Positions 44,060 to 52,886 of a stretch of 64,000 nt of DNA are shown here, piece by piece. This stretch comes from Acidobacteriota bacterium. Its GTDB lineage: Bacteria > Acidobacteriota > Blastocatellia > Pyrinomonadales > Pyrinomonadaceae. Below the pieces are notes generated by a model that saw only the letters and a program-made list of their open reading frames with translations, ran no database searches and had not been told where the DNA came from. Numbering within the stretch: position 1 is the first letter of the stretch; the number at the start of each line of letters is the position of its first letter. The DNA lies in the NCBI GenBank assembly GCA_019639115.1, contig JAHBSM010000002.1, positions 301,425 to 365,424 on the forward strand, read 5' to 3'. Position numbers and translations under genes: made by a program.

Positions 44060-45121
44060 TTAATCGAGTCGTTTCACTGCCTCAAGCATCAATTCGGCAT
44101 CGGTTTCTGCATAAATGTTTGTAATGCTCATGTCGGAGTGAGCGAACAAATTTTGAACTATTATAGGATTGGTATTTCTTCTGATAAGTTCACTCGCAAA
44201 ATAGGTTCTCAGATCGTGAAAATGATAGTTTTCTTCTCGAGTTCCGTCTGGCTTGTTGATCTTGGCTCTCACGAGAGCCGGATGCCATCGCTTTCGGAAA
44301 TCGACAATTGGAAATGGAAGTTGTTTATCGGCGATTAGGTCCCGTAATACCGAGGCGGCGGTTGCATTGATCGGTACGGATCGTGGAGGTCGTCCCTTCG
44401 AGCCAATTACCCACACCCTCTGATTCTCGAAATCAATCACCTCCTCGTTCAAAGCCAATAGTTGGCCTCGGCGCAACGGCATGTTAACGGCCAATTGGAC
44501 AAGCCTGTAAAGCAGCTGGTCGGATTCAAGTTCCTTCCACAACGCTTTCTTCTGCTCGGTCGTAAGTAGGCGCTTTCTTGGCGGTGGCTCTGGTAGGGCC
44601 TTCACATACTGCATTGGGTTACGATCAAGAACGTCTTCTTCGCAAGCGAGACTGAAGATTTTCGACAAAGTCGACATAATCCTATTGATCGAGGAAGGAG
44701 ATATAGAACTTTTCTTTTTTCGCTGGTTTTTTCCGTACTGAAGTTTATTCCGGCAATCGCGACAATCCTGCGGTGTAATGGTATGCAGAGGTTGATCTTT
44801 TAGGTGTTTCAAAAGAAGTTCTATGTAAAGCTTCTTCGCTCCCTTATTGACGTTGTTTTGATCTACATATTTTCGATAGGTCGTTTCTATAAAGTCTCCA
44901 AAAGTAACGGTTGTATCTGCAACACCGAATGATCTGTCGAATAGTTGCTTTACCAGTTGTCGCTCGGCAAGTTCAGCTTCTTCCTTAGTACGGGCTGTCG
45001 GAATGACCTGATGAATGGTCTTGTGTCCTTTAACTCGTCTGTATACCCACCACCGAGCTGTCGCATACGCCGGATGCTTAGCGTTGATCCGCTTACCGTT
45101 ATATTTCTTAAAAACTGACAT
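44060..45121 (-). CDS. int: Tyrosine recombinase / integrase
   Basis: 353 aa. Core residues in context: NMPLRRGQLLAL (Arg), HFHDLRTYF (H-x-x-R), LFAHSDMSITNIYAE (His...Tyr). Adjacent to the excisionase and tRNA. Confidence 0.9.
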   Translation of the reverse strand: MSVFKKYNGKRINAKHPAYATARWWVYRRVKGHKTIHQVIPTARTKEEAELAERQLVKQLFDRSFGVADTTVTFGDFIETTYRKYVDQNNVNKGAKKLYIELLLKHLKDQPLHTITPQDCRDCRNKLQYGKNQRKKKSSISPSSINRIMSTLSKIFSLACEEDVLDRNPMQYVKALPEPPPRKRLLTTEQKKALWKELESDQLLYRLVQLAVNMPLRRGQLLALNEEVIDFENQRVWVIGSKGRPPRSVPINATAASVLRDLIADKQLPFPIVDFRKRWHPALVRAKINKPDGTREENYHFHDLRTYFASELIRRNTNPIIVQNLFAHSDMSITNIYAETDAELMLEAVKRLD

Positions 45122-45124
45122 TTA

Positions 45125-45379
45125 TTAGTAATTCGCTAACCAGGCATCCACCTCAGTTCTGTTAAAAGTTGGCCGTCCCACTCCGTGAAACGGAAGGCCA
45201 TTTTTTCGCATCCATCGATTTATCGTTGCTCCCGATTTCTTCAAATACTTCGCAACTTCGGACTTCGTCATGATCTGCGGCGGCTGAGATGAATGTATAG
45301 CTTTTTCGATGGCCCCCGCGACGGAGGTGTCGATCAAGCGAATCAGCTCTTCTTTTTCTATCGTGATAATTTCAACCAT
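45125..45379 (-). CDS. xis: Excisionase-family HTH DNA-binding protein
   Basis: 84 aa. MTKSEVAKYLKKSGATINRWMRKNGLPFH matches the excisionase/MerR-superfamily HTH pattern. Lies 3 nt upstream of int. Confidence 0.7.
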   Translation of the reverse strand: MVEIITIEKEELIRLIDTSVAGAIEKAIHSSQPPQIMTKSEVAKYLKKSGATINRWMRKNGLPFHGVGRPTFNRTEVDAWLANY

Positions 45380-45579
45380 TTCCTGAACCTCCGATCACCA
45401 GTTGGCAAAAAATGTGCCTCGCCAAAAAGCCATGAAAATAGACAGCATCGGCCATAAAAGTCGCGAAAACGCGCCATTCGGCGCAGTTTTGCACCACACA
45501 AAGGATGTTTATAAACCAGCCTGATCAGGAGTGATGATCTATGAGAGTTTTGAGCGGAAAAAGGATGACAAAAAGAATA

Positions 45580-45600
45580 CTGCAACCAACCTGCAACCAA
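45580..45600. repeat. Tandem direct repeat CTGCAACCAA x2 (11-bp register) between xis and the tRNA
   Basis: Read directly: c tgcaaccaa c ctgcaaccaa at 45580-45600. Possible recombination-directionality or arm-type binding sites (function inferred only). Confidence 0.5.
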
Positions 45601-45603
45601 GTC

Positions 45604-45645
45604 AAAAAAATGGGGCTTCCAGCAATCGCTGAAAGCCCCATTTTT
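45604..45645 (-). terminator. Rho-independent (bidirectional-looking) terminator downstream of tRNA-Pro
   Basis: AAAAAAA-TGGGGCTT-(ccagcaatcgctga)-AAGCCCCA-TTTTT. On the minus strand the hairpin is followed by a T7 run, immediately 3' of the tRNA. Confidence 0.6.
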
Positions 45646-45647
45646 AT

Positions 45648-45724
45648 TGGTCGGGACGGCGAGATTTGAACTCACGACCTCTCGCACCCCAAGCGAACGC
45701 GCTACCAGACTGCGCTACGTCCCG
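45648..45724 (-). tRNA. tRNA-Pro: tRNA-Pro (anticodon GGG), 77 nt with encoded CCA
   Basis: Reverse complement folds by hand: CGGGACG-TA-GCGC-AGTCTGGTA-GCGC-G-TTCGC-TTGGGGT-GCGAG-AGGTC-GTGAG-TTCAAAT-CTCGC-CGTCCCG-A-CCA. Has a 7-bp acceptor, G37 after the anticodon and a TTCAAAT T-loop. Confidence 0.9.
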
Positions 45725-45771
45725 AGATCAATCTATAAGGGTAAATTCGAGCCAGAACAATGTCAAACGGG

Positions 45772-46218
45772 CTATCCGCGCAGCATGTCGCGGATCTCAA
45801 CAAGCTGTTTCGCGATACCGGTCAGGGCCGAAACGTCTTGGGAACGGTTGCTGCCGTCGATCGATTCAGGCAAAGAATCGAAAAGTGGAGCCGCTGCGTA
45901 CTCCTTTTTTATTCCCGCTTCAGTGCTGACTGTCGATTCCACTCGGATCTTTTCCGGCGAACGGGAATCGGACTGAAGCTTTTTCCGGGCTCCCGCGATA
46001 GTGAACATCTCTTTGTACAAGAGCTGCTTTATCTTGAGTGCGATCTCCACATCCCGCTTTCGATAGCTGCGTTGGCCCGATTTGTTCTTTTGTGGAGAAA
46101 GCATGGGAAACTCGGTTTCCCAGTAACGGAGTACGTGAGCCTGTACACCGACAATGTCGCATACTTCGCCGATCTTAAAGAACAGCTTGTCGGGAATTGT
46201 CGTATGCGATTCGGACAT
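45772..46218 (-). CDS. MerR-family transcriptional regulator
   Basis: 148 aa. FKIGEVCDIVGVQAHVLRYWETEFPML...SGQRSYRKRDVE is a classic MerR HTH-wing. Confidence 0.8.
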   Translation of the reverse strand: MSESHTTIPDKLFFKIGEVCDIVGVQAHVLRYWETEFPMLSPQKNKSGQRSYRKRDVEIALKIKQLLYKEMFTIAGARKKLQSDSRSPEKIRVESTVSTEAGIKKEYAAAPLFDSLPESIDGSNRSQDVSALTGIAKQLVEIRDMLRG

Positions 46219-46300
46219 ATTTAGAAGACTGCTTAAAGTTGCTTATAACGCAAGCAGCCGTTATTGTATGTGTTCATTTGATTTGTGTCAATTTAGAGCC

Positions 46301-47257
46301 GTGAACGAATTTGACCTAATAGATAACATTAAAAGTCGATTCTCGCTTGATCTGGTGGGGGACGACTGCGCGGTCGTGAGTCAGCCTCTGGATGAGGACC
46401 TTCTCGTCACCACAGATATGCTGGTCGAGGATGTGGACTTCCGGCTCGAATGGGCCCCACCGAGATCTATCGGGCACAAAGCGCTCGCAGTTTCTCTTTC
46501 TGACGTTGCGGCGATGGGCGGACGTCCACGTTATGGCCTGATCTCGATAGGACTGCCTGAAAAATGTAGATCTACGACCTTTTTGACGGAACTGTATGAC
46601 GGTTGGCACGATCTAGCCGGCAAGCACGGCTTGGTATTAGCGGGCGGCGACACGTCGGGAACCCCGGACAGGCTGGTCATCGACTCGACAGTGCTTGGAT
46701 CGACAGCCCGCGGCAGTGCAATATTGCGATCTGGCGCCAGGTCAGGCGACCAGATCTTTGTAACAGGATTTCTGGGAGGGGCCGCCGCCGGGCTCGCGTT
46801 GCTCGAGAAAGGGATCGGCACGACCGACAAACTCAATGCGGCGGAGAGGCATTTGCTGCTCCGGCAGCTTGAGCCATTACCTCAGGTCACAACTGCGATC
46901 TTATTGCAAGAACATAGTTTAGCCGTTTCGATGATCGATATTAGCGACGGGCTTTCATCAGACTTGAACCATATTCTGAGGTCCAGTTCAGTTGGTGCTG
47001 AGATCGACGGCGGAGCGATCCCTGTCGATCCGGCTATCGGCCTTGCGGGATTCGATGAAGGGGCGGCCTTGGACTTAGCTCTCAACGGTGGCGAGGATCT
47101 GGAATTGCTGTTTACGGTTAGGCCCGAGAATGCTGACGCCGCCCTCGATCTTGGATTTCACCGGATCGGTGAGATCAACGATCACTCAGGCGAGGCCTCG
47201 TTGTTCCTCGGCGGTCAAAAGATCCGATTGCAGCCGCGTGGATTTACACACTTCTAG
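46301..47257 (+). CDS. thiL: Thiamine-monophosphate kinase
   Basis: ORF 46154-47257, but its first 49 codons overlap the merR-like gene. In-frame GTG 46301 gives (M)NEFDLIDNIKSRF. Motifs DDCAV, TTDMLVEDVDF, AVSLSDVAAMGG, GGDTS. Confidence 0.8.
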   Translation: MNEFDLIDNIKSRFSLDLVGDDCAVVSQPLDEDLLVTTDMLVEDVDFRLEWAPPRSIGHKALAVSLSDVAAMGGRPRYGLISIGLPEKCRSTTFLTELYDGWHDLAGKHGLVLAGGDTSGTPDRLVIDSTVLGSTARGSAILRSGARSGDQIFVTGFLGGAAAGLALLEKGIGTTDKLNAAERHLLLRQLEPLPQVTTAILLQEHSLAVSMIDISDGLSSDLNHILRSSSVGAEIDGGAIPVDPAIGLAGFDEGAALDLALNGGEDLELLFTVRPENADAALDLGFHRIGEINDHSGEASLFLGGQKIRLQPRGFTHF

Positions 47258-47375
47258 CTACGCTCGAACCACAGGCTTGTCAATATCTAGTCTTACATTT
47301 CTGTGAACCTTCAAGATATTGTGCATATTCCCGCAAAACTATGGTATAAACTAGGTTAATCTTGCGGGGAGACTG

Positions 47376-47939
47376 ATGAGCCTACTTACCGGACGAGTTT
47401 TGCTGCTTAATTTTTCATACGAGCCGCTGGGCACGGTTGGCGTAGCCCGCGCCGTCTGCTTGTGGTTTCGCGGAGCTGTCTATGTCGAGGAGAACGACGG
47501 CGACAACGTGCTTCATTCGCCTAGCACGGAGTTCCCTGTCCCGTCGGTGGTCAGGCTTCGCAATTACATTCATGTCCGTCGCAACAATCGCGAGACGACC
47601 ATGAAACGGGCCCGCATATACATACGCGACCGATACAGGTGCCAGTATTGCGGCGAACATAAACATGCGAAGGACCTTACGCTTGACCACATTCTGCCTC
47701 GTGCTCAAGGCGGCGAGTCCACTCCGCACAACCTTGTTGCCGCGTGTGTCAAATGCAACCAGCGGAAAGGCAATCGTACACCGGATCAGGCTCGGATGCC
47801 GCTGCTCACTTCGCAGAAGCTACTGCGTCTCGGGCTCGATCATGTCCTACTTTGCCACTATGCGGAGAACCGGCCTGAATGGCGAAAATACCTGTTCATC
47901 GACGATAATACAGACGAAGCCATGACCAAAGCGGCCTGA
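47376..47939 (+). CDS. HNH endonuclease family protein
   Basis: 187 aa. CQYCG...LTLDHILPRAQGG...NLVAACVKCNQRKGNR (HNH with Cys4 Zn ligands). Confidence 0.8.
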   Translation: MSLLTGRVLLLNFSYEPLGTVGVARAVCLWFRGAVYVEENDGDNVLHSPSTEFPVPSVVRLRNYIHVRRNNRETTMKRARIYIRDRYRCQYCGEHKHAKDLTLDHILPRAQGGESTPHNLVAACVKCNQRKGNRTPDQARMPLLTSQKLLRLGLDHVLLCHYAENRPEWRKYLFIDDNTDEAMTKAA

Positions 47940-47975
47940 GAGGCTGCTGCAGACACTCGATGCGATCGCGGTAAT

Positions 47976-48425
47976 TTGGAGCCGCGATCGCATTTTTACA
48001 TTTGTATGCGTTTTAGAGACGAACGAGAGATCTACGAGCTGGTCGCTGAATTCGAAGCGGCCACTATTGACCGCAACGCTTGGAAGCACGCGGAGCACCT
48101 AGCGGTAGCATTGGTTTACGTTGTCAACTTCGGCGAGGCCGAGGCACTGGAAAAAATGCGATCAGGATTGTTCATTTTGCTCGAGAAGGGCTTCTGCGTC
48201 GATCTAACAATTGAGATGCCCTATCACGAGACACTTACCGTTTTCTGGATCAAGGCTGTAGATAGGTTCAACGCAGCCAGGATGTCAGCATCGCTGCTCG
48301 AACGGGCCAACCAACTCATAGAAACGCATGACAAGGATCTGCCGCTCAAATATTACACGCGGGAGGCCCTGTTCTCTGATGAGGCTCGACGAGTGTTTGT
48401 TCAAGGCGACATTCAAACGCTTTAG
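47976..48425 (+). CDS. Hypothetical protein
   Basis: 149-aa ORF (non-ATG start in the track; alternative ATG at 48006). No motif recognised. Confidence 0.4.
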   Translation: MEPRSHFYICMRFRDEREIYELVAEFEAATIDRNAWKHAEHLAVALVYVVNFGEAEALEKMRSGLFILLEKGFCVDLTIEMPYHETLTVFWIKAVDRFNAARMSASLLERANQLIETHDKDLPLKYYTREALFSDEARRVFVQGDIQTL

Positions 48426-48472
48426 TTTTCAAAATATCTGTTAGCTGATAGCTTATATCTAACATTTGAACC

Positions 48473-49870
48473 ATGTTTCGCTTTTTTAACACATTGTCGC
48501 GTCAGATCGAGGAATTTGTGCCGCTTGAGGACGGCAGGGTCAAGATGTACATTTGCGGGCCGACCGTGTGGAATTTTGCCCACATAGGCAACTTCCGCAC
48601 TTTTGTGTTCGGGGACATACTACGACGGTATCTCAGGTTCAAGGGTTACGAGCTCACGCACGTAATGAACCTGACCGACATTGATGACCGGATCATCAAT
48701 GAAGCTGCCTCTCGCAATATATCTATAGATGAATTCACTGAGCCGTACACTCGATACTTTCTCGAGGATTTTGATGCGTTAGGTAACGAGCGGCCGGAGA
48801 TAATGCCTCGCGCAACGCATCATATACCTGAAATGATCGATATCATTTCGAGGCTGCTCGACAGCGGACATGCGTATGAATCGGACGGATCGATCTATTA
48901 CAGGATCACCTCTTTCCCAGATTACGGAAAGCTCTCGAAGATAAGATTCGAAGGCAACATTGCCGGCGGAAGCGACCGCATCGACACCGACAAGTATGAC
49001 AAAGAGGACGCACGGGACTTTGCTCTTTGGAAGTTGGTCGGTGAAAGTGAAGAGCCGGGTTGGGACGCTCCGTTCGGCCGGGGACGTCCGGGCTGGCACA
49101 TTGAATGCTCAGCAATGGCGATGCGGTACCTGGGCGAGACCTTTGATATACATGCCGGCGGACAGGACCTTCAGTTCCCGCATCACGAGAACGAGATCGC
49201 ACAGTCTGAAGGCGCGACCGGTCGGCCATTCGCTAAATACTGGATCCACAGCGAGTTCCTTAAGATCGACGACGTCACTATGTCAAAATCTAAGGGGAAT
49301 TTCTTTACTTTCCGTGACCTTACGGCGCAGGGGCATTCGCCCCTTGCGATCCGGTATCTGCTGCTTTCGGTCCCTTATCGCAAACAGCTAAATTTTACGT
49401 TCGAAGGTCTGCAGGGAGCGGGGGCGACGGTTGAGCGTTTACGGAATTTTCGATCACTTGTCCACGAGGCGGTGGGCGTCGGAGACGAAAGGGAGTCGGT
49501 AGAATCGGTGATGACGGCACTACGAAGGTTCAGCGATGCCATGGACGATGACCTGAATACTGCGGCGGCATTGGCAGCGGTGCATGACCTCGTCCGCGAG
49601 GTGAATATCGTTATGTCGCAGCGTTCCCTTTCAGAGGTCGAACGCGAAGCGGTCATCGATGCATTGGATAAATTCGAATCCGTACTCGGCATTTTTGGGC
49701 GTGCTGACAAGATACTCCTTGACGACGAGATAGAAGCCCTGATCGAAGAACGGCAAAAAGCTCGGGCCGCTCGTGATTTTGCACGGTCGGATGAGATCCG
49801 CGATGAACTGGCTGCAAAGGGCGTTGTACTCGAGGATACTAAGGACGGCGTCCGCTGGAAACACAAGTAG
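48473..49870 (+). CDS. cysS: Cysteine--tRNA ligase
   Basis: 465 aa. [19 protein letters not shown] (HIGH-type), [17 protein letters not shown] (KMSKS). Confidence 0.92.
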   Translation: MFRFFNTLSRQIEEFVPLEDGRVKMYICGPTVWNFAHIGNFRTFVFGDILRRYLRFKGYELTHVMNLTDIDDRIINEAASRNISIDEFTEPYTRYFLEDFDALGNERPEIMPRATHHIPEMIDIISRLLDSGHAYESDGSIYYRITSFPDYGKLSKIRFEGNIAGGSDRIDTDKYDKEDARDFALWKLVGESEEPGWDAPFGRGRPGWHIECSAMAMRYLGETFDIHAGGQDLQFPHHENEIAQSEGATGRPFAKYWIHSEFLKIDDVTMSKSKGNFFTFRDLTAQGHSPLAIRYLLLSVPYRKQLNFTFEGLQGAGATVERLRNFRSLVHEAVGVGDERESVESVMTALRRFSDAMDDDLNTAAALAAVHDLVREVNIVMSQRSLSEVEREAVIDALDKFESVLGIFGRADKILLDDEIEALIEERQKARAARDFARSDEIRDELAAKGVVLEDTKDGVRWKHK

Positions 49871-49882
49871 ATCCTTCGTGCG

Positions 49883-50716
49883 ATGGGGCCCGTTTCCGAG
49901 TTTCTCATTTCAACTCTTACGGTCGGGCGAAGACCGCAGGCATTCCTGGACGCTCGCTGGATCGGCTGGACGCTGGGCATTGTGCCCGAACGACGGAAAC
50001 GACTGTGGGCGTTCAGATTACTTTCGCTCAGCCCTCATTATTTCATCGACCGAAAGACGCCGGAGAACTGTTCGCTTACCGAACTTGCGTACTTTGAGAA
50101 AGCGGCCGCAGAGTGGAGAACTTCCCGGCGTCAGTTCTACGATTCTGTTCTCAAGCCGCGGCTGAACGGTGCCGCGGCGGTCATGGACCTTGGCTGCGGG
50201 CCCGGCTTCCTTTCATTTGCGATCGCCGGCGAAGTGAGTTCCGTGGCGGGCTGCGATATTTCCAGCGGAGCTCTCGCGTGTGCACAGGTTCTAAATCCGG
50301 CAGACAATCTCGCGTACTTTCGGATCGTCGATAATGAGATCGACGGCCTACTCGATGAGAGCGTGGACGCCGTCGTGAGCCTTGCGGTCATCCAGCATCT
50401 TGCAATGGATGCTTACCGAGATGTTCTCAAGCTTTGCTTTAGAAAGCTCAAACCCAAAGGCAGATGCCTTCTGCACGTCCAACTGAACGAAGGCCGTTGG
50501 CGCACGGAGGATTCATGGCTCAATGACACTACATTGAAAGGAAAGCTCCGGTATCGCTGCGGACTGCACAATTTCGGACGTCCGGCCTCTGAGCATATTG
50601 CGGCAGCCCGGGCAGCGGGCTTTGAGTCCGTCGCGATCGAGCCGATCGCGCATCTGTTCCCGGACGGACTCGCGGGGATCGGCGAACAACACATACTAGT
50701 TGCCGAAAAGCCCTGA
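49883..50716 (+). CDS. Class I SAM-dependent methyltransferase
   Basis: 277 aa. Motif I VMDLGCGPGF and post-I acidic residue; start codon uncertain. Confidence 0.65.
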   Translation: MGPVSEFLISTLTVGRRPQAFLDARWIGWTLGIVPERRKRLWAFRLLSLSPHYFIDRKTPENCSLTELAYFEKAAAEWRTSRRQFYDSVLKPRLNGAAAVMDLGCGPGFLSFAIAGEVSSVAGCDISSGALACAQVLNPADNLAYFRIVDNEIDGLLDESVDAVVSLAVIQHLAMDAYRDVLKLCFRKLKPKGRCLLHVQLNEGRWRTEDSWLNDTTLKGKLRYRCGLHNFGRPASEHIAAARAAGFESVAIEPIAHLFPDGLAGIGEQHILVAEKP

Positions 50717-52273
50717 TCACCGCACCAAGCACGGATCTGCTTCTTTTGAAAACTTCACGCTGATGATCGTCTCCGTGCCAATTTGCCGACGTTCCTTTAA
50801 GCAAACGACGTAACCGGTCGCGGTGACTTCGTCGATCAAACGACGCTCTTCGTCACGGTCCACCGTTCTAAAAACAAGCCAAAAACTGTTGTCGTTTATG
50901 CTATCCAATGCGACTCGTTCTACATCATTCATTCCACGCGGCAGAAAGTAGGCTTTGTCATTGGTCGTAACGGGCAGCCCGCTGAGCAACGCAACACGCT
51001 CCCGGCTGTTATGCCGGCCTGCGAACCACAGGTGATACGCTGCTAGGTCCTCCAAAGCAAAGATACGGGGAGGAGGTTCGGTTGTTGCTTCGATCGCACC
51101 TATTTTGTTCCCGACGGGTTCCCAGACGCACCAGACATTTTCCTGCGGCGGACGCATGATGTTGATCGCTATAGCTAAAACTGCTCCGATCCCGATGAGT
51201 CCATATACGCAGAGACGAAGCACACGCGAAGCCGCTCCATCGATAAGTATCGCTGACAATATCGTAGCCGGCGGAATCGTCGCGATCAGATGACGAGTTC
51301 CCCAAACCGAAAATGGGGACACCCAGCTCACGGCGAAGCAGGCGATCACCGGTACCAGGATAAACATAGCGGGGAAATAGATCTGCCCGAGCCTCCCGTC
51401 GTTTCCGTTCTTTGCCCGATCGGCCGAGAAATAAGCTGTTGCGACAATACAGAACGCTGCTAATAACGGCACGGAGATCGGAAGAAACGATCGAGGCTCA
51501 ATGCTGCTCGCTTGATGGTAGATCGGTTCGATAAGATTCAGCACATAGTAAAATACGTCTGCCGGCCCGGGTCGCGATATCCAACCGATGTTTTGACCGA
51601 CATCTGATCCCGACCTAGAAGCTGCGATAACGGCGGCGAGCCATGGAGCGAATGCAGCGGCTTCCGCAGCGATCAGCCAGAGAGCCCTACGCCACCATTC
51701 CCGCCGGAGCAGAACAAGCATCAGGGCCTCGGCCAATACTACGAACCAACCGAAATAGTGGGTATGGATCAAGAGCAAGTTAATGAATAGCAGAATGCCA
51801 AAGCCTTTTTTTCGCGACCACAGCCGTGCGAAAAGCCACATCGACACCAGCGAGAGGCACATCAGCATGGAGTACATCCGCACTTCCTGGGCGTATTTGA
51901 TCAACGAGCCATTCACCGCCAACAAAAAGAACGCTGCGGCTCGAACAGTAAAAGATAGGCTCAACTCGCGGCACAGGGCCAAAAACGGAGCGATTGCCGC
52001 CGCTGACCATGCAATTGAGAACAATCGGAGCCAAAGAAGGCCGTCACCGGCTATCGCCATCCAGGCCTTGAGTGCGATGTAGAAAAGCGGCGGGTGAATA
52101 AGATCGAGCGCGATAAACGAGAACATCTCGCCCCAATCGTGTTCGGCGGCGTGAACGCCGAATATCTCATCGAACCAGAGGCATCCCGCGGTTAGCCCCC
52201 ACAGTCTCAAAAGGAGATAGATGGCTGCAATGGCGGCTAGTATCGAATATCGGGCGGCACGCGGAAGCTGCAT
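50717..52273 (-). CDS. GT-C fold membrane glycosyltransferase (ArnT/PMT, GT39/83-like)
   Basis: 518 aa with many TM helices. N-terminal loop motif WFDEIFGVHAAE (DE motif) and a soluble C-terminal domain. Confidence 0.55.
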   Translation of the reverse strand: MQLPRAARYSILAAIAAIYLLLRLWGLTAGCLWFDEIFGVHAAEHDWGEMFSFIALDLIHPPLFYIALKAWMAIAGDGLLWLRLFSIAWSAAAIAPFLALCRELSLSFTVRAAAFFLLAVNGSLIKYAQEVRMYSMLMCLSLVSMWLFARLWSRKKGFGILLFINLLLIHTHYFGWFVVLAEALMLVLLRREWWRRALWLIAAEAAAFAPWLAAVIAASRSGSDVGQNIGWISRPGPADVFYYVLNLIEPIYHQASSIEPRSFLPISVPLLAAFCIVATAYFSADRAKNGNDGRLGQIYFPAMFILVPVIACFAVSWVSPFSVWGTRHLIATIPPATILSAILIDGAASRVLRLCVYGLIGIGAVLAIAINIMRPPQENVWCVWEPVGNKIGAIEATTEPPPRIFALEDLAAYHLWFAGRHNSRERVALLSGLPVTTNDKAYFLPRGMNDVERVALDSINDNSFWLVFRTVDRDEERRLIDEVTATGYVVCLKERRQIGTETIISVKFSKEADPCLVR

Positions 52274-52274
52274 C

Positions 52275-52850
52275 TCAAGTCAATGACCCCGCGACCCGCT
52301 CGCCGTCAATACTCGTGTATCCGAGCACGACCTCGCGGAAGGTGTCGGTCTCGCGGCAGAAGGTTCTGCAGCGGTCGTATGGCTTTGAGTAGATGTGGAC
52401 GCTGACCGCGCGTTCATCGAACTCTGCGGGATTGCCAACCTGATGGATCGGTTCCTCCGGTTCTACCGTTGCCGGCAATCGATGCGATAGCTCGAAATGG
52501 TCCGATTCGCGTAGCCTGCAGCGTCCGGCAAAGTCATCAAGCATCTCGACCGAAAAGTTTCGACCAACGAGCCTTCCCTCGGGTACGGTCATCCAGCACT
52601 GCTGCCCTGCGTGATCATGGATCCGGGAGATCTGTCCTACTTCCCAACAGACCACCAGCACTTCGAATCGCTCATCTTTATAAACCAAATTGCGCGTGTA
52701 ATGATCCTTGTCCCAGAAATGGAAGCGGCCAAGCGTGTCGGCGTCTATTGGACGTTCGGCCAGGAAATTGTGAATTCCTTCGAGAGTGACCTGTGCGTCT
52801 GGCATTGCCGACAGTCCATCGATCACATCCCTGATTGAGTAGGTTCGCAT
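52275..52850 (-). CDS. Cysteine dioxygenase type I-like cupin protein
   Basis: 191 aa. Cupin metal motif SRIHDHAGQQCWMTVPEGRL ... VSVHIYS. Confidence 0.55.
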   Translation of the reverse strand: MRTYSIRDVIDGLSAMPDAQVTLEGIHNFLAERPIDADTLGRFHFWDKDHYTRNLVYKDERFEVLVVCWEVGQISRIHDHAGQQCWMTVPEGRLVGRNFSVEMLDDFAGRCRLRESDHFELSHRLPATVEPEEPIHQVGNPAEFDERAVSVHIYSKPYDRCRTFCRETDTFREVVLGYTSIDGERVAGSLT

Positions 52851-52886
52851 TGGTTCGCGGGCAGCCTAGAATGCCAGATCCGGAAC

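Larger units (their letters stand above)
1..45690. mobile_element. ICE-like integrative conjugative island; right junction at or near the 3' part of tRNA-Pro, left end beyond the window
   Basis: Contains a relaxase (13190-15571), a T4SS coupling protein (6538-8556) and VirB1/8/9/10-like genes (261-4716). A tyrosine integrase and excisionase (44060-45379) abut the 3' end of tRNA-Pro (45648-45724). Hand counts of a few 60-nt lines gave ~38-43% GC in the pAgo region and ~57% right of the tRNA. End coordinate is approximate; no att repeat was identified. Confidence 0.7.

Noticed and set aside
1-45647. Second copy of the tRNA-Pro 3' segment (the other att site) inside the window
   Set aside because: I did not see one, and the transfer genes run to the left edge, so the left junction is probably outside the window. 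An exact-match computer search is needed to be sure.
45358-45976. 109-aa ORFs (45358-45687 minus; 45647-45976 plus) spanning the tRNA-Pro gene
   Set aside because: They read through a tRNA with a clean hand-folded cloverleaf and through its terminator, so they are artefactual.
46154-46300. Upstream extension of the thiL ORF
   Set aside because: It overlaps the divergent MerR-family gene. The conserved ThiL N-terminus (NEFDLI) begins at the in-frame GTG at 46301.
49375-49980. 201-aa minus-strand ORF antisense to cysS
   Set aside because: It lies almost entirely within the strongly supported cysS gene. It is Arg/Ser/Ala-rich and low-complexity, as expected for antisense frames in GC-rich coding DNA.
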